A stretch of DNA of 64,000 bases from an uncultured Nitrososphaerota archaeon (GCA_963703285.1 OY969807.1:1312001-1376000), one strand, 5' to 3'. Positions 18,713 through 27,629 are shown, numbered from the stretch's first letter. Made by a program: numbers and translations. The notes: generated by a model not told the origin, from the sequence alone.

Positions 18713-19123
18713 ATGGTTGTCAAGACTATCGTCCACTTCGAGATTCCGGCCAGCGACGTAGAGAAGCTGTCCAGATTCTACTCGGACGTCTTCGGGTGGA
18801 AGTTCACCAAGGCGCCGATGCCTGATATGGAGTACTGGATGATCTCCACGGGCCCCAGGGCGAAGAGCATCGGAGGCGGGATGTACAAGAAGGATAGGGA
18901 AGAGGACATGCCCCGCAACTTCATCGCGGTCGACAAGATAGACAGGGCGATCGAGGCTTTCCAAAGCGCGGGTGGGAAGGAGGTCGTCGGGAAGCAGGAG
19001 GTCCCGGGGATGGGATGGTCGTACATAGGCACCGACCCCGAGGGGAACCTGCTCGCGCTCTGGGAGACCGTGAGAGCGAGGCCGAGGCGGCGGAGAAGCT
19101 CCTCCAGCAGCTCGAGCCGGTAA
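18713..19123 (+). CDS. VOC/glyoxalase family protein
   Basis: IVHFEIPASD..RFYSDVFGWKF...DPEGN. Confidence 0.88.
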   Translation: MVVKTIVHFEIPASDVEKLSRFYSDVFGWKFTKAPMPDMEYWMISTGPRAKSIGGGMYKKDREEDMPRNFIAVDKIDRAIEAFQSAGGKEVVGKQEVPGMGWSYIGTDPEGNLLALWETVRARPRRRRSSSSSSSR

Positions 19124-19489
19124 GACAGCCCGTCGAGGGTTATTCTCACTCTTGGGAATCGTCTGGCTCCTTTAGTAGTCTCCCCGGGCATTAATCGGCG
19201 GAGGTTCCGGGGAAAGAGAGTGAAGGGCGAAGAGAGCGATAGTCTGGATTAAAAGTTGTTATCAGCCACATGTCGCTCAAGGATGCCCCGACTCCCCCAG
19301 AGCGGCCCCTTACGTCGAGTGTCCGTAATCGACAAGATAAACTTAACCATGCTTTGGCGGGTGTTTCGTCCGGTCTGAGGTTGAGGCTATGGTCAAGTCC
19401 ACTCCCGTAGATAGACGAGAGTCCCCCGGGACACGTTGTCTACGAACGAGGCATTAACTAGGGACCGCTTGCATCTTAGTGCGATTGGC

Positions 19490-19965
19490 ATGGAGGGGGA
19501 CGGGAGCAGCTTCGACTCTTCGAGGGCAGAGCTCTTCGAGGCGCTTGGACATCCCACGCGCGTGAGGATTCTCAGAACCCTGAGAGAAAACCGATGGGCT
19601 TCTCCGAGCTCAAGAGAGAATTGGGCATCGAGAGCAGCGGCCACCTGCAGTTTCATCTGGCTAAGCTGTCAGGACTCGTCAAGACCGACGGGACCGGCGA
19701 CTACGCGCTCACGGACGAGGGGAGGGGGGCGCTCCATGTGGCGGAGACGGCCCTGCGCTCCGAGCTCCAGGGGCGTTCGAAGGGACGGGGCAACATCTCG
19801 GCGCGTTTCGTGATGGCCATCGTAGCAGTCTCCGTTGTGTGGGCGTGTGTCATGGTTGCGACCTCGATGGAACTCGCCGGCACCTCGTTCGATTCTGTCG
19901 TAATCATACTCGGGGGCGGGTTCATCGCGTGTCTTCTCATCTTGGCGAGGATTGGCCGGACGTGA
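19490..19965 (+). CDS. ArsR-type wHTH regulator with two C-terminal TM helices (frameshift in A-run near 19590)
   Basis: ELFEALGHPTRVRIL joins PMGFSELKRELGIESSGHLQFHL after a frame change at GAAAACCG. Confidence 0.75.
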
Positions 19966-20184
19966 GGGGGCCATCAAGAGTAGATCCGGCCATAATTCCA
20001 ACCTGAACGACGCCAGCGGTCGGCGAACGGTCCGAGGTCGGCGGCGCCGAAGATGAATCGTGGTCCGCAACCCCCGGGCTCGTGCATCTTTCCGCTCATC
20101 CTTTCACCTTCAAACTTATCTCGTAGCCCTTGACCATGGCCGGACTGTGGGAGGAAAGCCAGACTAGACAGTGTTCCGCGACGA

Positions 20185-20328
20185 GGGGGCGTAGCCTAGC
20201 CAGGTATGGCGACAGGCTCCAGTGGTCAAACTATCGAAAGTTTGATGACACCCAGGCGTGGATGATTAACCAGTTGGAGCGGCGAAGAAACCTGTAGGCC
20301 GCCGGTTCAAGTCCGGCCGCCCCCACCA
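20185..20328 (+). tRNA. tRNA-Trp(CCA) with 67-nt canonical intron (20223-20289)
   Basis: GGGGGCG/CGCCCCC acceptor, ACAGG-CT-CCA-G|intron|A-CCTGT, GGTTCAAGTCC, encoded CCA. Confidence 0.95.
20223..20289 (+). ncRNA. Intron-encoded box C/D guide RNA (Cm34 of tRNA-Trp)
   Basis: C box TGATGA 20243-48, C'-like TGATTA, guide TGGAGC complementary to GCTCCA; fifth nt upstream of D-like GCGA pairs with C34. Confidence 0.75.
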
Positions 20329-20356
20329 ATTTTGCCGTGTTAGCGAGAATTTTGCC

Positions 20357-20545
20357 TCATTTCAGCCCATGATACAGAAGCTTGGCGTACAGCCTGGCCT
20401 TGATCACGGCTTCATCGCTCGTAATGCGGTCGGGCTCGGAGAGGATGAGGTCCCTCAGCGCGCTCGAAGAAGGCAGCCTGGTCCCGGCCAGCTTCTTCAG
20501 CTCGACCATGCTGATGAACTCTTGTTCGTGTTCAGGAACCCGCAT
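20357..20545 (-). CDS. Small helical hypothetical protein
   Basis: Protein-like 62 aa (LRDLILSEPD..E..K...KLL), GC3-biased codons, TATA-like GTTAAAT upstream. Confidence 0.55.
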   Translation of the reverse strand: MRVPEHEQEFISMVELKKLAGTRLPSSSALRDLILSEPDRITSDEAVIKARLYAKLLYHGLK

Positions 20546-20720
20546 CCTCAACCGTGTTTTGATGGCCCGGGGGAGATTTAACGCAGGATTGGGAACAAAC
20601 TGGGGGGGTCCCCAGCACCCGGTCCACAGGAGATTTGTCCCCGGCGGAGGCACAATGAACCCTACGCGCTGCCATTCTTTTGGCTATGCCCTATCCAGCC
20701 ATCGAGAGCGACGCCGGGCG

Positions 20721-21005
20721 CTAGGCACAGGTGATGCCTCCTGGCGGATACGCCGTAGGAAGCCACCAAAGATACCCTCCCGATACCACGTACACGACTC
20801 CGTAGCTGGACAGCGAATACGAGACCGACCCGAAGATCCACGACATTGGGTTTTGACCCACGATTATCGCACCGCCCCAGCACCAGGCGTGCTGTGCGTA
20901 CAGGTCGGGGGTGGACACTCTCATTGGTACAACTGGAACGAGGAAGAGAAACACCGGCACAATGACACATGCGGCGACCACGGCCAACCTGTGGGTGCGC
21001 TTCAT
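20721..21005 (-). CDS. Small single-TM protein, FLVP-family paralog 1
   Basis: FLFLVPVVP...DLYAQH..C...FGSVSYSLSSYGVVY...GGYLWWLP; clearly homologous to 21748-22029. Confidence 0.75.
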   Translation of the reverse strand: MKRTHRLAVVAACVIVPVFLFLVPVVPMRVSTPDLYAQHAWCWGGAIIVGQNPMSWIFGSVSYSLSSYGVVYVVSGGYLWWLPTAYPPGGITCA

Positions 21006-21045
21006 ACGCCTCACCCACACGCTAGAATGGAGCTTGGCACCAAGA

Positions 21046-21660
21046 TCATGCGCCTGACAAGGATGCAGAGGGACGCGGGACGCCTGCTGGTACGCTGTCT
21101 CTGACGATCTCCTTGTTGAACTCCTTGAGGAGCTGGAGCAGGACCTCTCCCTGCTTGGTGAGCCGGTACATCCTCACGTTCCCGAAGGCGTGGTCTTCGT
21201 GGACCAAGCCGTACCTGTTGAGAAGGACGATGTGGTAGTCCACCGCCTTCCAGTCGAGTCCAAGTTCTTGTGCGAGCTGCAACCTGTCCTTGGGCATCGA
21301 CAGTGAATCGAGGAGACTCAGCCTCGTCTTGGCACCCTTCATCTTCATGAAGAGGTCGAAGGTGCTTGAGTCGAAGCCGAGGCTCTCCCAGCGCGACCTC
21401 ATCCTTCCCCGCCAAATCCAGACGCCTCCCACGAGCGCCCAACTGGCCGTGGAGAGCGCCGGAGAGCTGCTGAGGAAGAACTGGAACGTCGACTGGGCCG
21501 GCGACGAAGGCGAGACGACACCCTGCGCTGAAAAGCCGCTGGTTGAAGTTTGCAGGGAGGTAAGTGTCTCCGACGGGCTCACAAGATGGACCATGAGAAA
21601 CACGGTGTTGACTATCGCGAAGGCGACTACCACTGCCAGGACGAAGGAAGCTCGCGACAT
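21046..21660 (-). CDS. Membrane-tethered wHTH (ArsR-like) regulator
   Basis: Two N-terminal hydrophobic segments; KDRLQLAQELGLDWKAVDYHI..L...YRLT wHTH. Confidence 0.8.
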   Translation of the reverse strand: MSRASFVLAVVVAFAIVNTVFLMVHLVSPSETLTSLQTSTSGFSAQGVVSPSSPAQSTFQFFLSSSPALSTASWALVGGVWIWRGRMRSRWESLGFDSSTFDLFMKMKGAKTRLSLLDSLSMPKDRLQLAQELGLDWKAVDYHIVLLNRYGLVHEDHAFGNVRMYRLTKQGEVLLQLLKEFNKEIVRDSVPAGVPRPSASLSGA

Positions 21661-21747
21661 CGGTGAAAAGGATGGCTCTGTTGATAAATACTTTATTCCG
21701 AGTGGTCGGAAGTAACCTTAACCAACGACACGAAGGTTGGTGATGGA

Positions 21748-22029
21748 ATGCAGCGCATCGCCAAGGTTGCAGTAGCCTGCGTCGGTGCAGCAGGCATGTT
21801 GGCCTTCCTGTTCCTCGTTCCCATCGTCCCGACAACAGTCACGACCTATGACTTGTATTCACAACATGGATTGTGCATTGGCAGTGAAATCGACCCGGCT
21901 CCGACTCTGCTGATCTACGGCTCCGCTTCGTACACGTTGTCGCACTATGGACTAGTCTATGTCCCCGCCGGCGGTCACCTCTGGTGGCTCCCATCCTCAG
22001 GGCAAACGTCAAAGCTTGCCTGCATCTAG
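21748..22029 (+). CDS. Small single-TM protein, FLVP-family paralog 2
   Basis: FLFLVPIVP...DLYSQH..C...YGSASYTLSHYGLVY...GGHLWWLP. Confidence 0.75.
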   Translation: MQRIAKVAVACVGAAGMLAFLFLVPIVPTTVTTYDLYSQHGLCIGSEIDPAPTLLIYGSASYTLSHYGLVYVPAGGHLWWLPSSGQTSKLACI

Positions 22030-22168
22030 TGCATCACCAAACGAACAGTGTGGACGCGGAAGATTCTGGTGGCGCAATTTCCACCCTGTCTTTCCGCTCC
22101 GCCGTCACCGCAACCTCGCTCGGAATAAACTATTAATCATGAGTCGCACTTTCACCAGCCGAGTTGGC

Positions 22169-22414
22169 GTGCATGATCGGAGAACGGTCGGTCCGATTGC
22201 AATCACCATAGTCGCTGTCGCAGCCTTTCTCTTCGTGCTCCTCGTCCCGATAGTGCCGATGGGCGAGTCCACCCCGTGCGGCGTCTCCTGCCCTCAGTGC
22301 TTCTGTCCGGCTGAACCTCTGTATCACCTGTACGGCTCGATTTCCTACGCGCTGACCCATCACGGAGTGGTCGTCCTCTCCGAGCCGAACGGGCCGCTAG
22401 TGAAGTTCGTTTGA
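22169..22414 (+). CDS. Small single-TM protein, FLVP-family paralog 3 (Cys-rich loop)
   Basis: LLVPIVP...CGVSCPQCFC...YGSISYALTHHGVV; GTG start inferred. Confidence 0.65.
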   Translation: MHDRRTVGPIAITIVAVAAFLFVLLVPIVPMGESTPCGVSCPQCFCPAEPLYHLYGSISYALTHHGVVVLSEPNGPLVKFV

Positions 22415-22656
22415 AAGCCACGCAATCAGGATTCGTTGCGGTTTCGGTCTTGGTGGTGGCGTTCTTCTTCGTGGTGCCAGTGGTCGGCGGCGCTGAGCAG
22501 GGCCCGGGTGGTCCTCCAGCGTTCCACTACGAGGTCTCCCTCGGGTGTCTTCTTGGCGTCGGCGACATCTACTATGAAGGTGGGCTGCACCTTGGGTGTA
22601 CGCCACCACTCATCCCATTGCCAGATGTTTTCGCGGAGCCGTACAGTGGCCGGTGA
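22411..22656 (+). CDS. Small single-TM protein, divergent FLVP-family paralog 4
   Basis: FFFVVPVV...YEVSLGCLLGVGDIYY; TTGA overlap with previous gene. Confidence 0.55.
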   Translation: MKATQSGFVAVSVLVVAFFFVVPVVGGAEQGPGGPPAFHYEVSLGCLLGVGDIYYEGGLHLGCTPPLIPLPDVFAEPYSGR

Positions 22657-22907
22657 GGTTCGTTTGGGCGGTTCGACTCCTATGAGGGGCCAGGCTACCT
22701 CCCTCTGTCTAAAGGGTGGTCTCAAAGCTGCCCACATGTGCCCCGAATCGCGTCGGAAGATTGTGTGGTCCAGTTGGTCGAGAACCCATCTGAATCAGCC
22801 GGATTGACCCTTTGACCGACTTTTCTGCCCTCACGACTAAATGCAGCAAATGTCGCCTGAAAGATTTAACGAGGGGCCAGCGCGCGAAACGCGCGGGATA
22901 GCTCGAT

Positions 22908-23420
22908 TTGAAACTTTGGATAATTGGGCTTGCCTGTGCGATTGGGCTAACCCTTGGGTTGTACTTCTTGGGCGCTGGAATCTTCGACCTCTGCTATAGT
23001 ATCGGGTCCATTCGGCCCGAAGCATGCGCCTCTGGTGGTTTTCAGGCAGCACAGGATTACTCTCTTGTAGCAATAGGAGTCTCACTCGCATTGGTCTCCC
23101 TGATCGCTTTAGCTTCTGCTCTCAAGAGAAGGGGGAGTTTCGAGTCGAGTGTCTGGATAACCTGGTTCGTCAGGTCGGTCTTTGTGCTCGGGATAGCCTT
23201 GGGAATCCTAACCTTCTTCGGTTCTCTTGCTGGTCTTTGCGACCCCTTTGGGCCTTTTGGAACGACGGCAACATTCTGTACTTCCTTCGACCCGTATGAA
23301 GCAATCGGTCCTTTCCTTACGTTGCTGTCTCTGGTCGGTTTAGCCTATTCATTCAAGACAACGAAGCACCGGGATTCCCGCATGAACCTGGATGGCGATT
23401 CAGTTCGCAGTAATCGGTAA
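22908..23420 (+). CDS. Four-TM hypothetical protein with Cys pairs in both loops
   Basis: Four hydrophobic helices; loops DLC..EAC and GLC..TFC. Confidence 0.65.
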   Translation: MKLWIIGLACAIGLTLGLYFLGAGIFDLCYSIGSIRPEACASGGFQAAQDYSLVAIGVSLALVSLIALASALKRRGSFESSVWITWFVRSVFVLGIALGILTFFGSLAGLCDPFGPFGTTATFCTSFDPYEAIGPFLTLLSLVGLAYSFKTTKHRDSRMNLDGDSVRSNR

Positions 23421-23467
23421 TGGGTAAAGGTTCGAATATCCTCCGGGATTCTTCTTCGTCGAGAGCT

Positions 23468-23563
23468 CTATCGCCTGATGGCTTTCCTAACTTGCGGCAG
23501 TGCGGCGGCGAAAGCCGTGTGCGGGCAGTAGTCTGTGTTGTCGTCCATCTCGCAGTAGAGCAT
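23468..23563 (-). pseudogene. 3' remnant of a CxxD-x5-CxH Zn-binding gene (copy A)
   Basis: MLYCEMDDNTDYCPHTAFAAALPQVRKAIRR*; homologous to 24345-24422. Confidence 0.55.
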
Positions 23564-23613
23564 GATTAAGAACTATATACACTTATATAATTCGTTGCTT
23601 AACAGCATTCACA

Positions 23614-23907
23614 TTGCTCAAGGAGCATCATCGATTAAAGGACAGTTCTGCGATTCATTCTCCTACCCTAGACACCATCATGATGGTGGAATCTGCGATT
23701 AAGAACAGCAACGTCCCGCCTTCAAGGATGCAGCTGTGGCGCTCCCTCCCGCGGAAGACGATGTACCAGACGTTCGTCGGCGTCCTGGAGTACCTGGAAG
23801 CGTCAAACAAGATCATGTTCGACGGGAAGGGCAGGATCGTCTGGGTGGCTGTCGACAACCCGAAGCTGGAAGCGCTCCTCAAGGCGAGCGTGAAGCTGCG
23901 CGCCTAG
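23614..23907 (+). CDS. Small wHTH-like protein
   Basis: HSPTLDTIMMVE...QLWRSLPRK..YQTF..VLEYLEASNKI; TATATA-CACT-TATATA dyad upstream. Confidence 0.7.
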   Translation: MLKEHHRLKDSSAIHSPTLDTIMMVESAIKNSNVPPSRMQLWRSLPRKTMYQTFVGVLEYLEASNKIMFDGKGRIVWVAVDNPKLEALLKASVKLRA

Positions 23908-24248
23908 ACGTCATAGCCGAACTTCTTCGCGTAATTCTTGTGCGTGGGAAAGAACTCGATCACTCTTACTAGACCGCTTCCGGCTTGACTCAGGGTCACC
24001 GTGTACGTGATTCTAGCTCCTCTAGCGAGGTCGGCCTTGTAGACGTTGCTCAATCCCATGGTTCTGTACTCGTCGGGCCATCTGTCCTTCGGTACGAACG
24101 CGCCCGCGTCCAAGGGCCTCTGTTCGAGCGCGTCAGCGAGCGAATCTATCGACTTTTTCATCTGCTCGTCTTTCATCATTCGGTAGACCGCTCTAAACTC
24201 GACGGAGACGACAAGGCCGAACTTCTTCCCCGTAGCTTTGTCGCTCAT
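23904..24248 (-). CDS. RelE/ParE-like toxin candidate
   Basis: About 114 aa; NVYKADL..GARITYTV...VIEF...HKNY pattern resembles RelE superfamily. Confidence 0.55.
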   Translation of the reverse strand: MSDKATGKKFGLVVSVEFRAVYRMMKDEQMKKSIDSLADALEQRPLDAGAFVPKDRWPDEYRTMGLSNVYKADLARGARITYTVTLSQAGSGLVRVIEFFPTHKNYAKKFGYDV

Positions 24249-24344
24249 TACTCATCTCCGCCGATTACGGTCATTGGCGTGCAGTTAGTTGCCGTCGTCC
24301 TTTATAGCCACGCTATCGAGAACAGCAGTCAGCGTCCCTCCCAG

Positions 24345-24422
24345 TTATCGCCAGATTGCGCTCATGACCTGTGACAGAGACGCCGCGAAGGTTGTTTGTG
24401 GACAGCATTCCGTGTTGTGTCC
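24345..24422 (-). pseudogene. 3' remnant of the same Zn-binding gene family (copy B), ending at the att repeat
   Basis: HNTECCPQTTFAASLSQVMSAIWR* aligns with copy A. Confidence 0.55.
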
Positions 24423-24436
24423 GGCCGCCCCCACCA
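24419..24436 (+). repeat. att-like duplication of tRNA-Trp 3' end
   Basis: Identical to 20311-20328. Confidence 0.9.
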
Positions 24437-24459
24437 CTTTACGCGTAAATGGAAAGCAG

Positions 24460-24689
24460 GAGGACCGCCGGGCCGATCGCGTACAACGACTGGGGCTTCA
24501 TGCTCTCCCTCGGCAGGAACGTCGGCGTCGCCGACCTCGGCTGGCTCAAGACCTCCGGCTTCCTGGGGGGCCATCTGGAGGGTCGTTCACATCTTGCTGA
24601 TCTCCGCCTCGCGCTACAGGTCGGGCGCGGTCTTCGACTGGGCCTTCGCCTACCTCAACAGGCGGAACACGGCCCACACCGAGGCCTAG
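24460..24689 (+). pseudogene. C-terminal fragment of a type II NADH dehydrogenase (frameshifted)
   Basis: YNDWGFMLSLGRNVGVADLGWLKTSGFLG / AIWRVVHILLIS..RYR..VFDWAFAYL matches the NDH-2 membrane-anchor tail; 5' part absent. Confidence 0.65.
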
Positions 24690-24853
24690 TGACTAGGGCG
24701 TTCGGGCCGGGCGCCACTGAACCTTGGGAGACCTGCTCCAATCGATAACTCCTGCAATCTTTGAAGAGAATCATTGCAAATAGAGGAAGATGCCACCTCC
24801 CCTTCTGCCGAATCTTCAAAAGGATGCCACCCGCCTCCGCGGAGATGTTCGCT

Positions 24854-24875
24854 TTTGTTCGCGATTGCGAACAAA
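24854..24875. promoter_or_regulatory. Perfect 9-4-9 palindrome upstream of 24932 promoter
   Basis: TTTGTTCGC-GATT-GCGAACAAA about 15 nt before TATA-like CTTAACC; extra half-site TGTTCGC at 24846. Confidence 0.5.
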
Positions 24876-24931
24876 CGCACGGACGACTTCTTAACCAGTG
24901 ACTCACCAGTAATCCACAGGAAGCAAAAGAA

Positions 24932-25570
24932 ATGACAGAATCCGTGAAAGGGAAACAAAACATCGAGGCCCTATCCGGGCTGACATCGGGATCTGTGGGA
25001 TCTGCAGAATCTGCAGGACTTGCAGGACTGATGTCGGGTCTGAAGGGAAGGTGGGCAGGAAGATGGGTCAAGGCGGCGCTGGTCCAGGGTGCGATCGCAG
25101 CGATTGTGACCGTGCTCATCATACAGCCACTGAGCTACTTCAACATCACCCCGTACTTCAATCCGGGCATGGTGATAGCCGGGGGAGGAGGTGGAACCTG
25201 GCTCTTCACCGGGTACATCATCTACCTGGTCGTCGGCGTTATAGGGGTCGCTGCCACGGCAGGCGTCTACCTCTACTTCGAAGGCGTGCTGGGCAGGGTG
25301 TACAGTGGATTCAGCAACTATCTCGCGTGGGGACAGTTCGTCCTCATGAACGTCGGGGTCGCTGGCTCCATGCTCCTGATGATGTATGGGGGCTACCTGG
25401 CGGGATGGGCAGGCGCAGCCAAGGCCTCGGGAGGCCTCGGGTACAACAACGGACAGATCCACGTGGTCTACCTCAGCCACTTCGAGGACCCGATAGGGCT
25501 GCTGGCCCTCATAGCAGTCCTCGGCCTGGTCATCGGCGGCCTGGGCTTCGTACTGAAGAGCAGGAAGTAA
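24932..25570 (+). CDS. Four-TM membrane protein, paralog of 26903-27424
   Basis: IAGGGGGTWLFTGYIIY and LMNVGV motifs shared with 26903-27424. Confidence 0.75.
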   Translation: MTESVKGKQNIEALSGLTSGSVGSAESAGLAGLMSGLKGRWAGRWVKAALVQGAIAAIVTVLIIQPLSYFNITPYFNPGMVIAGGGGGTWLFTGYIIYLVVGVIGVAATAGVYLYFEGVLGRVYSGFSNYLAWGQFVLMNVGVAGSMLLMMYGGYLAGWAGAAKASGGLGYNNGQIHVVYLSHFEDPIGLLALIAVLGLVIGGLGFVLKSRK

Positions 25571-25662
25571 GAAGCCTGCAAGAGGTGGGCGAGAAGATGG
25601 CTCAAAGGAGAGCTCGGGCGGGAGCCCGGCTCCTCCTTCCACATTTTTTGAGATGAAGCAAG

Positions 25663-25887
25663 ATGCCTAGAGCGCAATACGCGACGGTGAAGATCCCGGA
25701 GGAGCTCGCCAAGACACTGGACAGCGCGGTGGAGATGTGGGGCTACAGGAGCAGGGCCGAGATAGTCGACGACGCAATCAGGATGTTCATAATGCGGATG
25801 ACGGAGCTGAAGCACTCGGAGAGCCCGCAGAGCGCGGGGACCATCGTCAGTCCCGTGAGCCGACCCGCGAAGAACTCCCTCCGATAA
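25663..25887 (+). CDS. Ribbon-helix-helix (CopG-like) regulator
   Basis: YATVKIPEEL...GYRSRAEIVDDAIR. Confidence 0.8.
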   Translation: MPRAQYATVKIPEELAKTLDSAVEMWGYRSRAEIVDDAIRMFIMRMTELKHSESPQSAGTIVSPVSRPAKNSLR

Positions 25888-26906
25888 CAAGCCTCAGGCA
25901 AGGCGTCATTTCGGACGCTCTTCTGATCCTCGACTCGGGTTTGTCTGTGACCTGTCCCTCTGACTCTTACGAAGACTATGGCCGCTGCCACGATACAGGC
26001 CCCCAGAATCGCGATGGCAACCACGCTGACCGGCAGATTCAGGCTTGGGGGCTGACCCGTCCACGCCCCTGTGTAGCTCCAGACGACCGTGCCGTTGCCG
26101 GAGTTCTGTATGGAGATGAAGGGAGGGGGCTCCGTGTACCCTCCCACGATGAAAAGGGGGTTGCCCTGCCCCTCCCAGTTGCTGTAGAAGTACAGACCCT
26201 GGACGACGTTCTCTCCGTCAATGGTCAGTGACGTGAGCGTGAGGTTGCCCATGCTGCTGAACACGGTGCCGTTCTCCGAGTAGGACTCCATTGCGAAGAC
26301 CTCCTGGTCCCCCGCGGCCGGGGGAGAGCTCTCTCCGCTGGGGAACTCTCCCTGCGTCGACTGATGGCTGCTCACGTCCCTCAGCTGGTAGTTCCATACG
26401 CCCGCCGAGAGGAAGACCGAGAGAGCGACCACGGAGCCGGGGGACATCTCCGGCGCGCTCGAGTTGACCACCCACTCGTAGTTCTGCGAGGTGGCCTGTA
26501 TGTTGGTGATAAGCCAGGCGTAGGACAGCCACCTCTGCGTCTCCGGATAGATACCGGCTGCGAGCTGCAGGACGTGCCCGTCCCTGGTCATTAGGGAGAG
26601 TATGGCCAGCACGGCGCCGTCCGTCCGGTTGATCTGAGGCAGCGTGACCTGAACAGTGACGTTGCTCACACCTCCCCAGGACAGTTTGCCGCCTCCGGCG
26701 AGCTGGACGCCGTTGGGCACGACGACCCCAAGGGCCCACGAGGAGGTGCTCGAGTAGCCCGCCGACCCAGCACTCCCCGAGGAGCTCAGTGTCTGACCGG
26801 AAGCGGGCCGGGGCGACACCCCCGCGATCACCAGGACCGTGACGAAGCCGAGGATAGTTAGCCTATTGAGCGGTTTCGACCCTCGCCACTCGCCGGCTCT
26901 TCTCAA
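25743..26906 (-). CDS. Secreted, C-terminally anchored beta-rich protein, possibly G1 glutamic peptidase-like
   Basis: Signal peptide, Ser/Thr-rich mature domain with VLQLAAG and EVFAMES, C-terminal TM plus basic residues; 3' end uncertain (overlaps RHH gene). Confidence 0.6.
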   Translation of the reverse strand: MRRAGEWRGSKPLNRLTILGFVTVLVIAGVSPRPASGQTLSSSGSAGSAGYSSTSSWALGVVVPNGVQLAGGGKLSWGGVSNVTVQVTLPQINRTDGAVLAILSLMTRDGHVLQLAAGIYPETQRWLSYAWLITNIQATSQNYEWVVNSSAPEMSPGSVVALSVFLSAGVWNYQLRDVSSHQSTQGEFPSGESSPPAAGDQEVFAMESYSENGTVFSSMGNLTLTSLTIDGENVVQGLYFYSNWEGQGNPLFIVGGYTEPPPFISIQNSGNGTVVWSYTGAWTGQPPSLNLPVSVVAIAILGACIVAAAIVFVRVRGTGHRQTRVEDQKSVRNDALPEACYRREFFAGRLTGLTMVPALCGLSECFSSVIRIMNILIASSTISALLL

Positions 26907-27424
26907 CCCGCCCGCACCTTAGCGCGAGCCATGGTCACGACGATGAGGGCGGCTCCCGCGACGGTGATTAGGACCGCCGCCGTCACCGGGTCAACGAAGG
27001 ACGAGAGGAGGTCCACGGCCGCCGTCTCCGAGATCTTGTTGATCGTCAGCCCATACCCGCTGTCGGCCCCGGCTATGGCGAGGAGAAGGCAGCTGGCCGT
27101 GACGCCGACGTTAAGGAGAGCGTACCCGAGCGCTATCGAAGTCTGGTTCAGCGTGCGCTTCTCCTGAACCTCGATGACGTACAGGAAGAAGGACAGTGCG
27201 CCGAATCCGCCGATCGTGATCGAAAGGTAGAGCAGATACGACAGCAGGAACCAGGTCCCAGGTCCCCCGGCTACGATAATCGGGGGGAGGTACGAGAACG
27301 GCCTGAACGGAAGGACTATCACGAGGGTCCAAACGAGCGAGCCTATCGAACCAACGTACGCCGCGCTGCGAAACCTGCTGTACCAAAAGGTTCCTGTGGT
27401 GGTCAAGCCGAAATCCAGCCTCAC
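26903..27424 (-). CDS. Four-TM membrane protein, paralog of 24932-25570
   Basis: IVAGGPGTWFLLSYLLY and LLNVGV motifs. Confidence 0.75.
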   Translation of the reverse strand: MRLDFGLTTTGTFWYSRFRSAAYVGSIGSLVWTLVIVLPFRPFSYLPPIIVAGGPGTWFLLSYLLYLSITIGGFGALSFFLYVIEVQEKRTLNQTSIALGYALLNVGVTASCLLLAIAGADSGYGLTINKISETAAVDLLSSFVDPVTAAVLITVAGAALIVVTMARAKVRAG

Positions 27425-27629
27425 CGGCGTTTATTTAACGTCGATGACGCGTGGCAAGCACACGCGCCGTGGCCGGCGCGCTTCTGCGATCTGGTCATAA
27501 GGTGCAAGATGGCCCCTCTCGCGAGCCGAAGCTGAATCGGAAGTCGACGAACGGCTTGCGACGGTAGTTGTAAAGCATGAGGAAGGGCCTGTCCTTCACG
27601 TCCACTATGCTCAGCGAACCGGGCTCCGG

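Larger units (their letters stand above)
20329..24436. mobile_element. Integrase-less genomic island integrated at tRNA-Trp
   Basis: 18-bp exact repeat GTCCGGCCGCCCCCACCA (tRNA 3' end, 20311-20328) recurs at 24419-24436; only small hypothetical genes lie between. Confidence 0.75.

Noticed and set aside
22665-22700. tRNA-like GGTTCGACTCC T-loop
   Set aside because: No T-stem, acceptor stem or anticodon arm can be built around it
24988-25032. 9-nt tandem repeats in the 5' end of the 24932 gene
   Set aside because: Short degenerate in-frame low-complexity repeat with no evidence of function
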